The translations under genes and the position numbers were made by a program. The notes beneath the pieces were generated by a model. It was not told where the DNA came from and ran no database searches. It worked only from the letters and a program-made list of their open reading frames with translations. 64,000 nucleotides of DNA from Ignavibacteriota bacterium. GTDB taxonomy: Bacteria; Bacteroidota; Ignavibacteria; Ignavibacteriales; Melioribacteraceae. The stretch lies in assembly GCA_043807765.1 (NCBI GenBank), contig JAZDFQ010000098.1:19349-83348 (forward strand), read 5' to 3'. Shown in pieces: positions 17,951 to 27,332 of the stretch (positions within the stretch are counted from its first letter, which is position 1; each line of letters starts with the position of its first letter).

Positions 17951-20734
17951 AATGATATAGCGGCCAATGACATTTGTGCGTGTATCTTCAACGTAATAAT
18001 CATTGGTTGTTCTCTGAGTATTATTACTTTTGTTTAGTATATCGTAAAATGTTAATCTTATTTCACCTTGATCTTCGCTGAATAATTTTTTGCCGATGTA
18101 AGCATTCCACATATAGGAGTTTGGATCGTAGCCGGTTCCAAGCCCTCCTTGATACCGATGCTCAAATTCAGTTTGAAAAACTATTCCTTCCCAGAAGAAC
18201 CAGTAAAACTTAATTCGACTTCTTACATTCAGATAGGTTTGATCCAAACTTGTTTGTGATGTATTCTTTACAACGTTGTTGGTCAGATTGCTTGAAAGAG
18301 AAAAATCTAAGTCCTTGCTGAAATTGCTGTTTAAAACTAATCCGCCTCCGTAAGAAGAGTTTTTAGAAAAATTGCTCACATCGTTTATCATATTTGGTGT
18401 ACGTGTTAATCCCAAATTTGTACTCAGATTTACGTTCGATTTGAGAAAAGCCACCGGAATTGTATAAGTAAGCATGGTTCTTAAATTGTAATAGCCATTA
18501 AAATTTTCCGGAGTTCGTAATTGTGTTCCGGCGTTTAATACAATACCACGATAAGTTATTGCTTTTGTTTCAGCTAAAATTGTTTTGTAGCCAATATAAT
18601 TGTCCGTGTAAGTTCCGTTTACTAAAATGAAAAATGCGCTCATACTCTCACTGTCTGTTAATGTATAGCGAAGAGAAAGGTTGTGCCGCGAATCTTGAGC
18701 AAGATTTGGGTTACCAATGCTAAGTTGTAGCGGATTGGAATTGTCGAGAACGTTTTGCAATTGTTCTACGCTTGGTTCGTTGTTGTTTGCACGGTAGTTA
18801 AACATCAAGTTTTTGCCGCGATTCACGTCGTACCGAACCATTACTGATGGCAAAATGGAATAGAATGTTCTGCCCGTACTCTTGATAAATGGAAAAGTCT
18901 GCTCATTTGCTAAGCGCGAAATATTGTATCCTAAGTTCAGCATTACCATTAATTCATTAACGCGGTGATTATAGCTTAAACCGTAATTCTGCACTTTGGA
19001 ATTTTTATCGTACACGTTGCTCAAATCATTCTCGAGAATTGAATAGGTTCGGTCTTGGTTTGATAAACTATAAGTTTTCTGATCACTCTCATCTTTTGAA
19101 ATAGAATATGTTGCATTGAATTGAAGCATTCCGTTTTCAGAAATCGGTTCAGTATATGCTAGGTTAACCGATCCTCCATAGCCGTTTTTTGCAAGTTTAG
19201 AACTTTGATCAAGCGTATCCGAAGAAGTTAAATCATTGTAATAAATGTTTTCAGAGTAAAGCTTCTTATCGCCGTCATTTTTTTTGTATGAAGTATTGAA
19301 TCTAAGAGATATAGTTCTTCCGCGTGTTTCAAATCTTCTTCGATACAGAAATTGTGAGGATGCATCAATAGCAGATAAATTAGAGCTGTTCAAATTTGCA
19401 ATCGAATTGAGATTTGATAAACCGGAGGTAGTATTTCCTAGAATCTTGCTGGAGCCGTCGTTTTGCTGCAGAGTTACTCTTGGTCTAATAAGAATTGAAT
19501 TGAGAGTATCGATTTGGTAATCCAAGCGTAAATTAAAACGATGATTGGTATTAGTGGAATTTGATTGGTTATCTTCAAAATATTTTTGAGATCCTTCCAG
19601 TGTAGCAAAATAATCTCTATTGGTTATGGTGCCGGAGTTATTATCGGTCTTATTAAAAAAATAGCTGGCGTTAAATTCGTTACGTTGATTCCATGAATCG
19701 GCATAATTGAATCCGGCGGCTTTAGTAGTAGTTAAACCATTTTTAGTGTCAACCAAGAAATCGGATGCACCGCCGCCACCTTGTCTTCCGCTAAATCCGC
19801 CTCCGCTCATTCCGCCTCCGCGCCCTCCCATTCTTGGTTGTCCGCCACCTCTTCGAATACCACCACCTCCGCTACTCATTACTCCCAATAAATCATCACT
19901 GGCAAAATTTTGTTCGTTGGTATTATTAAGCTGTCCTAACAGTGTAATTTTTTGTCTATCATTAAAGAAATTAATATTTCCGCCGGAAACATATTTTTCT
20001 TGATCGCCGTAGCCGCCGGAGAGTTTTCCGAATGTTCCGTTTCTAAAGTTTAAACGGGTTACAATGTTTATAGTCTTAGTTGTGTTACCATCATTAAAAC
20101 CGGTAAACTCGGATTGCTCGCTTTGTTTATCAAACACTTGAATTCGCTCAACAACTTCTGCTGGAATATTTTTTAATACTGCATTTGGATCATCACCAAA
20201 AAATGGTTTACCATCAACTAGAACGTTTTTTACATCTTCACCCTGAGCTTCTACTTTTCCATCTTGAACAACAATGCCGGGCATCTTGGCAATCAACTCT
20301 TCTGCATTTGCATCTTTATTGGTTTGGATAGCATCGGCCATAAACTCTGTTGTGTCTTTCTTTAGAATTACCAGAGGCGGTTTATCAACTACTTGAACCT
20401 CGCCGAGCTTAACATCCGTTGCAGAAAGTCTAATTATTTTCAAATCGAGCAAACCGGTTTTAACTTCAATTCTTCGTTGATAAGTTTTATACCCAACATT
20501 GCTCGCTTTGAATATGTAAATCCCGGTTCTAAGTTGATCGAGGGTAAATTTTCCTTTACCGTCTGTCGCTACTCCGCCAAGCAATACATTGTTGGTCGTA
20601 GATAACGTAACACTCGCTCCGTACAGAGGAGAGCGGCTTATCGAATCAACAACAATTCCGGTTACCGAGTTACTCTGAGCTGATAAATTGTTAAAAACAA
20701 ATAAGAGTAAAAATAAGAGTAGAATTTTTTTCAT
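17918..20734 (-). CDS. Outer-membrane beta-barrel / TonB-dependent receptor-like protein with carboxypeptidase-regulatory-like N-domain
   Basis: Signal peptide MKKILLL; KKDTTEF...AEELIAKMPG...VLVDGKPFFGDDP; Gly-rich insert; terminal YNLKVF. Confidence 0.85.
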   Translation of the reverse strand: MKKILLLFLLLFVFNNLSAQSNSVTGIVVDSISRSPLYGASVTLSTTNNVLLGGVATDGKGKFTLDQLRTGIYIFKASNVGYKTYQRRIEVKTGLLDLKIIRLSATDVKLGEVQVVDKPPLVILKKDTTEFMADAIQTNKDANAEELIAKMPGIVVQDGKVEAQGEDVKNVLVDGKPFFGDDPNAVLKNIPAEVVERIQVFDKQSEQSEFTGFNDGNTTKTINIVTRLNFRNGTFGKLSGGYGDQEKYVSGGNINFFNDRQKITLLGQLNNTNEQNFASDDLLGVMSSGGGGIRRGGGQPRMGGRGGGMSGGGFSGRQGGGGASDFLVDTKNGLTTTKAAGFNYADSWNQRNEFNASYFFNKTDNNSGTITNRDYFATLEGSQKYFEDNQSNSTNTNHRFNLRLDYQIDTLNSILIRPRVTLQQNDGSSKILGNTTSGLSNLNSIANLNSSNLSAIDASSQFLYRRRFETRGRTISLRFNTSYKKNDGDKKLYSENIYYNDLTSSDTLDQSSKLAKNGYGGSVNLAYTEPISENGMLQFNATYSISKDESDQKTYSLSNQDRTYSILENDLSNVYDKNSKVQNYGLSYNHRVNELMVMLNLGYNISRLANEQTFPFIKSTGRTFYSILPSVMVRYDVNRGKNLMFNYRANNNEPSVEQLQNVLDNSNPLQLSIGNPNLAQDSRHNLSLRYTLTDSESMSAFFILVNGTYTDNYIGYKTILAETKAITYRGIVLNAGTQLRTPENFNGYYNLRTMLTYTIPVAFLKSNVNLSTNLGLTRTPNMINDVSNFSKNSSYGGGLVLNSNFSKDLDFSLSSNLTNNVVKNTSQTSLDQTYLNVRSRIKFYWFFWEGIVFQTEFEHRYQGGLGTGYDPNSYMWNAYIGKKLFSEDQGEIRLTFYDILNKSNNTQRTTNDYYVEDTRTNVIGRYIILSFVYNLKVF

Positions 20735-21094
20735 GAACAAACCCGCACAAATTGACGTTACTTAGAGCCTTTCATTCAAAATAAAGTTTAACCCAGATTG
20801 TTCATTAGAAAAAAGAAGGTTTGTTGATAATAAAATAAGGGTAGATAATTTAAGAAGTTAACCCCGACTTACATTTTCTTGGTTTTGAAGTTTTTCTTAC
20901 ATGCGTACATCTCTCAAAACCTTAGAAAATGTTAGTCGATTTGGCATTAGCGCTTTTCTAATGACAAATTTGGGTTTAATTCTCAGAATAATTTGTGCAA
21001 AGTTAATCGAGAGAAAAAATTCTGCACTTTACTAAATTAAACCTAGAGAAAAATTACGCTGTTAAATGCTCAGAACACAAAACTGGAGAAGGAA

Positions 21095-21421
21095 ATGAAA
21101 AAGTTACTAGCAGTTGCGCTGATTGTTGCGTTATCATCAACGTTGATGATTGCACAGAACGCTACACCGGGAATAAATAAAACACAAAAGAAACAACTCG
21201 CCAGAATTCACCAAGGAGTAAGAAGTGGTGAATTAACGAAACGAGAAGCAAACTCTCTTCGCAGACAACAAGTACAAATCCAAAGAGAAAAGAAGATTGC
21301 TAAAATGGATGGAGTTGTTACAGAGAGAGAAAGAAAGCACATCAAACGAGATCAGAATAGAGCTACTAGAAATATAGCCGTAAAAAAGCACAATAGATTA
21401 GAAAGAAGAAGCAAAAGCTAA
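21095..21421 (+). CDS. Small secreted basic hypothetical protein
   Basis: Signal peptide, GGAGAAGGA RBS; internal similarity QGVRSGELTKREA / KMDGVVTERER. Confidence 0.75.
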   Translation: MKKLLAVALIVALSSTLMIAQNATPGINKTQKKQLARIHQGVRSGELTKREANSLRRQQVQIQREKKIAKMDGVVTERERKHIKRDQNRATRNIAVKKHNRLERRSKS

Positions 21422-21447
21422 TCCTTATCCCACACCCTCTCTCTCTT

Positions 21448-21484
21448 TCCGCTTCGTAATAAAATATGAAGCGGATTTTTTTTA
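21448..21484 (+). terminator. Rho-independent terminator
   Basis: TCCGCTTC...GAAGCGGA stem followed by T run. Confidence 0.75.
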
Positions 21485-21486
21485 TA

Positions 21487-21519
21487 AAAAAGAAACCCGC
21501 TATTAAACGGGCTTCTTTT
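21487..21519. terminator. Probable bidirectional terminator between convergent genes
   Basis: AAAAGAAACCCGC-TATTAA-ACGGGCTTCTTTT imperfect stem with A and T runs. Confidence 0.55.
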
Positions 21520-21550
21520 GTGGGAGGTATGTATGAGAATTTGGCGGAAA

Positions 21551-22090
21551 TTATAATCTAAAAAACGCACCGGCTGTTACATATCCAATTCCATAACCAA
21601 GCTCACCAAAAACACCCCAGCTGTTGCTAATTGCATAACGGGCACCAACGTGAAAGCCAATTAGTACAGCGCTTGAAGCTGCTGAGTATGAAACACCCAT
21701 GCCCAAGTTGCTGGGTTCGGTTACACTAACAACATTATAACCTACTGTAGCGCCGCCGTAAGCATCAAGTTTGTTGCTTGGTTCCATAAAGTGATACTCA
21801 CCTCTTGCGCCGATGATTATGTAGTTGTATTTCCATTCGTAAGATTTGCCGAAGAAGCCAAAATCGTATTTTGAACCGGCATATCCAACAATACCGCCAA
21901 CAGAAATTTTATCTGTTAATCCAAATTGCAAGCCTACGCTTAACGGGGGAATTGTTGCATCTCCTTCAACACCAAACCCAAAACCGGCGCCTATATTTAG
22001 TACTTTTCCGTTTTGGCTGTACCCTTGTGCAAATGAGGTAGTAGAAACCAGTAATCCAATTACAAATAATGTAAACAACACTTTCTTCAT
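21551..22090 (-). CDS. Small outer-membrane beta-barrel protein (OmpA/PorT-like 8-strand)
   Basis: Signal peptide, alternating aromatic beta-strands, terminal FFRL. Confidence 0.8.
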   Translation of the reverse strand: MKKVLFTLFVIGLLVSTTSFAQGYSQNGKVLNIGAGFGFGVEGDATIPPLSVGLQFGLTDKISVGGIVGYAGSKYDFGFFGKSYEWKYNYIIIGARGEYHFMEPSNKLDAYGGATVGYNVVSVTEPSNLGMGVSYSAASSAVLIGFHVGARYAISNSWGVFGELGYGIGYVTAGAFFRL

Positions 22091-22146
22091 TGATTTTTCT
22101 CCTTTATATGATTGATATTAGTATTGTAGAACTTGGACATGAAGTC

Positions 22147-22162
22147 TCAAATGGAATGCCAA
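22147..22162 (-). promoter_or_regulatory. Candidate sigma54 (-24/-12) promoter for the small barrel gene
   Basis: Minus strand TTGGCATTCCATTTGA; GG and TTG correctly spaced, A instead of C at -12. Confidence 0.45.
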
Positions 22163-22272
22163 GTCTTAATTATGGTTATAAGAGTAGAAATTAAACCCGA
22201 AGTGTGTTTTTATTGTTTATTTGTTGCATAGATGCAACAATCTAAAATAACGATGTTGCTTTTATCTTACTT

Positions 22273-22573
22273 ACTTACGTTACGCAAAATGTGGCTAAAG
22301 CCTAAGTTTATTGTTGATGTATTAACCCCAGACTTAAGTCTGGGGTTAGAAAAACGCGAAAAACAATATGGAGACTTTAGTCCAAAAGTTACAAAAGCTC
22401 CAATCCATGCGTAAGGTGAGTTATTTAACTTACGTTACGCATGTTATCATTCTGAATGGAACGCAGTGAAATGAAGAATCTCAATTTTGATTCAAAACGC
22501 GATTTATGGATTCTTCTCCCGCCGTTGGCGGGATCAGAATGATAATGGCTAATACAAATACGTAAGATGAGTT
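22273..22573. repeat. Two tandem palindromic REP/MITE-like cassettes bounded by related inverted repeats
   Basis: ACTTACGTTACGCA..TGCGTAAGGTGAGT (22273-22421) and AACTTACGTTACGCA..TACGTAAGATGAGTT (22427-22573); perfect 26-bp palindrome at 22323-22348; 12-bp IR at 22444-22455/22534-22545. Confidence 0.8.
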
Positions 22574-22654
22574 ACTTATTTAAGAAATCGGTATTAAAAT
22601 AAATAATCTCTTATTTTACGCCCGACTTTTAATAACGCATATCCGGAGAATTAA

Positions 22655-25600
22655 ATGATTTATTTTTCACGAAGCAGAATAGCGGTTATTACAATTTTCG
22701 CGTTGTTGTTTATAGCAAATCAAAGCATGCATGCCCAAACGCTAGATGAAAAAATTAATGCTCTAGTTTCTAAAATGACTCTTGAGGAAAAAGTTAAACA
22801 GCTTCACCAAGAGGGCTCGTTTAATACTCAAGACAATACGCGACTAAATATTCCGGGCTTTGTAATGGCCGACGGCCCGCATGGAGTTCGTAATGGAATG
22901 GCGACTTCGTTTCCGGTTGGAATGGGAATGGCGGCTACTTGGGATGTTGATGTTGCTTACCGCGTTGGTGAAGCCATGGGAAAAGAATTTCGCGGAAAAG
23001 GAATTCATCAAGCACTCGGGCCATGTTTGGATTTAACACTCGATCCGCGTAACGGACGTACTCCCGAAACTACCAGCGAAGATCCGTTCTTAAATTCGAA
23101 AATAAACACAGCATTTGTACAAGGTATTCAATCAACTCCGGCAATAGCTACGATTAAACATTTTTATACAGAGTATAGACAGAATGGAAGGACGACAAAT
23201 AATTATACTCTTTCTCAGAGAAATTTACTTGAGCAGCACGGACTCCAGTTCAGAGAAGCTGTTCAGAATGGTGGCGCGTTTAGCGTTATGAGTTCTTATA
23301 ACTCACTTAACGGAAAAAGTGCTGCTAAAAACTCAACTCTTCTTACTACAAATCTAAGAAACAAGTGGGGTTTTCCATTTTATGTTGTGAGTGATTGGAA
23401 TTCAATTTATTCAAGTCCGGAAGAAGCATTAAAAGCCGGGTGTGAAATTGAAATGGGCTCCACGCTTTTTCAAGATGCAACAACCGGAATTCTGAATTTA
23501 GTTAACACGGGCAAGCTTGCTGTTAGTGTTGTTGATAATGCGGTTAAGCGGGTTTTGCGAACTAAATATTTGTCCGGCATGATGGATTATTATCCGCAAG
23601 GCGACCCGAGTGATGTTAACAGTACAGCTCATCAGCTTCTTGCACTTGAAGCTGGAAAGAAAAGTATTGTGCTTCTTAAAAATCAAGACAACATTCTGCC
23701 TCTGAATAAAACAACTGTTTCAAAAATTGCAGTGATTGGACCTAACGCAGCCGTAATGCAAACGGATGGAAGCGGAAGCAGTTGGGTTGATCCATTCTAT
23801 AAAGTTTCTCCCAAAGAGGGAATTGAAAATTATGTTGGAACTGCAAAAGTTTTATATGCCAAAGGATGCGATATAAGCGGAACAAGCTATGCAAGTGATT
23901 ATAGCACAGCACTAACTTACGCCAGTCAAGCAGACTTTGTTATTTTCTTTGGCGGACTCGATCAAACACAAGAAGGAGAGGGTTTTGATCGCGTTAACAA
24001 TTCGATTGAATTACCGGGTAAACAAAAAGATTTAATTAAGCTGCTTGCTTCAGCAAACAAGAATATAATAGTTGTGTTAATAAGCGGTGGAGTTTGTACA
24101 GTTACTCCTTTTGTAAACGACATTAAAGGATTGCTCTACGGTTTTTATCCGGGACAAGAGGGAGGCAACGCGATTGCGCAAGTTTTATTTGGAGATTATA
24201 ATCCGAGCGGAAAGCTTCCGGTATCTATGCCGACAACTGATTCACAACTTCCGGATAGAACTTCCAATAATTTAGATAACAACGTTGGCGGCGGTTACCG
24301 TTGGCTGGATAAAAACAGTACTACACCGCAATATGCTTTTGGTTACGGATTGAGCTACACAACTTTTGCTTACAGTAATTTTCAAATGTCTCACACCGGA
24401 AGAGCGTATTGGGATGATAACATTTGGTTTAAAGTGGATGTTAAAAACACCGGAACGCGAGAGGGCGAAGAAGTTGTTCAGTTTTATATTGGAGGAAGTA
24501 CCGGTTTTATAACAAGGAACAAAAAAGATTTAAAAGGATTTCAAAAAGTTTATTTGGAGCCGGGGCAAACAAAGACACTTACGTTTAGTGTAACTCCAAA
24601 CGAACTTTACTATTTCAGACAGCAGAACAACAGTTACGAAATCGATCCGGGTCCTTACACTTTTTACATTGGAAGTTCTGCCGATAATCTTCTGTTTACC
24701 GGCAAGTTTGATATAATTAACAGACCGCCGAAACCGGATTTGCAAGTTGCTAATATTTACACTGTTCCCCGGTATCCTTTAGAAGGTGAGAAAGTAATAT
24801 TCCTTGCAACAATATTAAATCGGGGAACGGGACCGAGTCCGGCATCAACATTTCACGAAGTAGTATTCAAAGTGAATGGTAAAATTGTTAGTCGTTCTGT
24901 TGCTTTAAGCGATTCAATAGGAAAAGGTGGAATGGCTCTTGTTTGTGGAAACGTAGGTGAAACAAATGATAATTTAACCAATTACTGGGTTGCTGAAAAA
25001 CCGGGCACTTATACAGTAGAAGCAATGGTTGATGATAAGAGTGCAATTACAGAAATGGTAGAAAACAATAATTCGAAGACAACAACTTTTAAAGTATACA
25101 ATCAACCGGCGGCAAATCTTGCGCTAAAGAAAAAGGTGACTTACTCATCGGCGGAATCGCTAGATTACATTGGTGAAAATGCAGTAGACGGAAGCTATGC
25201 TTCTCGCTGGTCGTCTCAGTTTGCCGATCCGCAAACGTATATGGTTGACCTTGGCGCGCAGCAAGAGTTTAATCAAATTAGAATTACTTGGGAAGCGGCA
25301 TACGGTAAAGAGTATATTATTGAAACATCGAATGATGCAGTAAGTTGGAAAAAAGTTGTAGAACAGAAAAATGGCGGAGGAAATATTGAAAAGTGGAATG
25401 TAACGGAAAACGCAAGGTACATCCGCCTAACCGGAACAAAACGTGCAACAGTTTATGGCTATTCCATTTACGAATTTGAAGTTTACAATCAAACAGCTTC
25501 ATCTGTTGAAAGGGAAGAAGAAAATCTCCCATTTAATTATTCTCTTGGCAATAATTATCCAAACCCGTTTAATCCGGAAACTGTAATTGAATACACAATT

Positions 25601-25801
25601 CCCAAAGCCAGCAATGTAGAAATTAAAGTCTATGATGTATTAGGAAAAGAAATTGCAACGTTGGTTAATGAATTTAAGCAAGCTGGAAAGCATAATGCAA
25701 AGTTTTCGATTGGTGGAAAGAATATTTCGTCGGGTGTATATTTCTACAGAATGAATACGGAAGGGTTCACATTAGTAAAGAAGATGTTGCTTCTAAAATG
25801 A
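22655..25801 (+). CDS. GH3 beta-glucosidase-family enzyme with Fn3-like, CARDB, F5/8 (CBM32-like) and T9SS domains
   Basis: ADGPHGVR, NGRTPET, KHF, VVSDW nucleophile, GEGFDR; PDLQV...VDDKSAITEMVENNN (CARDB); SRWSS...VDLG...WEAAY (F5/8); YPNPFNP CTD. Confidence 0.93.
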   Translation: MIYFSRSRIAVITIFALLFIANQSMHAQTLDEKINALVSKMTLEEKVKQLHQEGSFNTQDNTRLNIPGFVMADGPHGVRNGMATSFPVGMGMAATWDVDVAYRVGEAMGKEFRGKGIHQALGPCLDLTLDPRNGRTPETTSEDPFLNSKINTAFVQGIQSTPAIATIKHFYTEYRQNGRTTNNYTLSQRNLLEQHGLQFREAVQNGGAFSVMSSYNSLNGKSAAKNSTLLTTNLRNKWGFPFYVVSDWNSIYSSPEEALKAGCEIEMGSTLFQDATTGILNLVNTGKLAVSVVDNAVKRVLRTKYLSGMMDYYPQGDPSDVNSTAHQLLALEAGKKSIVLLKNQDNILPLNKTTVSKIAVIGPNAAVMQTDGSGSSWVDPFYKVSPKEGIENYVGTAKVLYAKGCDISGTSYASDYSTALTYASQADFVIFFGGLDQTQEGEGFDRVNNSIELPGKQKDLIKLLASANKNIIVVLISGGVCTVTPFVNDIKGLLYGFYPGQEGGNAIAQVLFGDYNPSGKLPVSMPTTDSQLPDRTSNNLDNNVGGGYRWLDKNSTTPQYAFGYGLSYTTFAYSNFQMSHTGRAYWDDNIWFKVDVKNTGTREGEEVVQFYIGGSTGFITRNKKDLKGFQKVYLEPGQTKTLTFSVTPNELYYFRQQNNSYEIDPGPYTFYIGSSADNLLFTGKFDIINRPPKPDLQVANIYTVPRYPLEGEKVIFLATILNRGTGPSPASTFHEVVFKVNGKIVSRSVALSDSIGKGGMALVCGNVGETNDNLTNYWVAEKPGTYTVEAMVDDKSAITEMVENNNSKTTTFKVYNQPAANLALKKKVTYSSAESLDYIGENAVDGSYASRWSSQFADPQTYMVDLGAQQEFNQIRITWEAAYGKEYIIETSNDAVSWKKVVEQKNGGGNIEKWNVTENARYIRLTGTKRATVYGYSIYEFEVYNQTASSVEREEENLPFNYSLGNNYPNPFNPETVIEYTIPKASNVEIKVYDVLGKEIATLVNEFKQAGKHNAKFSIGGKNISSGVYFYRMNTEGFTLVKKMLLLK

Positions 25802-25813
25802 TTTTGGTGAGTT

Positions 25814-27073
25814 ATGAGTAAACTAAAATTTGGAATTATTCCAGTTGCCAGCAGCTTTCTTAGTGTTCAATTTGAAGAAGTAGCGCCGGATTGCTGGCAT
25901 CAACTCAATCAAATTGGCGGAGAAAAACTTGTTGAGGAAAGCGTATGTGAAAAGATTCCAATAGCTTATTTCGTTTTAACCGGCGGGACAGAGCAAATAG
26001 TTCTAAATCTTTTTACAAAAAGGAAGGAGCTGTTTGAAAACGAACCGGTTCTTCTAATTGCACATCCCAACAGAAATTCACTACCGGCATCAATGGAAAT
26101 TTTAGCGCGGCTTCATCAGCTTGGAGCCAAAGGTAAAATTATTTATTTAGCAGAAAACGGCGACAAAGACTCCCTAAACGAGCTTGAAAAAAACATCAGA
26201 CATCTAACGGTTTTTCATCAGCTTAAAAAAATAAAAATTGGATTAGTTGGTGAACCATCCGATTGGCTAGTTGCAAGCTCTCCGGGAGCCAAAACAATAC
26301 AAGAAGTTTGGGGCCCATCTGTTATTAAAATTCCTTTGGATGAATTGAAAGAAACAATTGCCGAAGTAACAGATGAAGAGGTGGAAAACGAGCACTTCAC
26401 TTTTACAAAAAAGGCAAGCGATTTGAAGGAGCCTTCGAAAAAGGACGCAAAACAAGTTGTTAGAGTTTACGGCGCATTAAAAAAGATTATTCAGAAGTAT
26501 GAGTTGAATGCTGTTTCGTTTCGCTGTTTTGATTTAGTATTGGATATGCAAACTACCGGATGCTATGCACTATCAAAACTTAATGATGATGGTATAGTTG
26601 CCGGATGCGAAGGGGATCTTGTTTCAACACTGGGAATGATTTGGGCAAATGCTATGACAGACCAAACAGTTTGGATGGCAAATCCCGCGCAAATTGATGA
26701 GCAGAACAACACGGTATTGTTTGCCCATTGCACTGTTCCTATAAGTATGGTTCAATCTTACAAGTTACGCTCACATTACGAATCCGGATTAGGTGTAGGT
26801 ATTGAGGGCGAGTTTACAAAGGGGAAAGTTACACTGTTAAGACTTGGCGGGAATAACTTAGAGAAGATTTGGATTACTAACGGGGAAATTATTGAAACAT
26901 CAAATACAGAGAATCTTTGTAGAACGCAAGTTACTGTTAAGATACACGGCTCAGCAAAGCCAAGTGATTTATTGAATGAACCACTCGGCAATCATGTGTT
27001 GATAATAAGAGGCAGCTACACAAAGGATATGCAGAATTGGTGGGAAACATTTATTGAAAACTACAAAGCTTAG
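25814..27073 (+). CDS. L-fucose/L-arabinose isomerase-like protein
   Basis: SFRCFD...TGCYALSKLNDDG...GCEGD; AHCTVP...RSHYESG...G..TLLRLGG; CRTQ. Confidence 0.7.
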   Translation: MSKLKFGIIPVASSFLSVQFEEVAPDCWHQLNQIGGEKLVEESVCEKIPIAYFVLTGGTEQIVLNLFTKRKELFENEPVLLIAHPNRNSLPASMEILARLHQLGAKGKIIYLAENGDKDSLNELEKNIRHLTVFHQLKKIKIGLVGEPSDWLVASSPGAKTIQEVWGPSVIKIPLDELKETIAEVTDEEVENEHFTFTKKASDLKEPSKKDAKQVVRVYGALKKIIQKYELNAVSFRCFDLVLDMQTTGCYALSKLNDDGIVAGCEGDLVSTLGMIWANAMTDQTVWMANPAQIDEQNNTVLFAHCTVPISMVQSYKLRSHYESGLGVGIEGEFTKGKVTLLRLGGNNLEKIWITNGEIIETSNTENLCRTQVTVKIHGSAKPSDLLNEPLGNHVLIIRGSYTKDMQNWWETFIENYKA

Positions 27074-27332
27074 AAATACAGCCGCTTGGTTATTATGCAG
27101 TAATAAATAATGTAGTGCATAAAAATATCTCCTATCATATCACAATTTAACTGCTGCGAAAAACGTTTTTTTAAGTACGAAATAAATTCATTGGTAATTA
27201 TACCAATGCACTCATTTAAACGTTTACAAAAGACCTTTTAAAAGGTATGATTATTGTGCTTTAAGTTGATTACTTTTGAGTGTACAATTTGGTGTATGTT
27301 CACATTTCTATAATCTACTATTAGGAGGGACT

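Noticed and set aside
22273-22573. Possible CRISPR mini-array
   Set aside because: Ends are inverted and degenerate, spacers are themselves palindromic, and there are no cas genes
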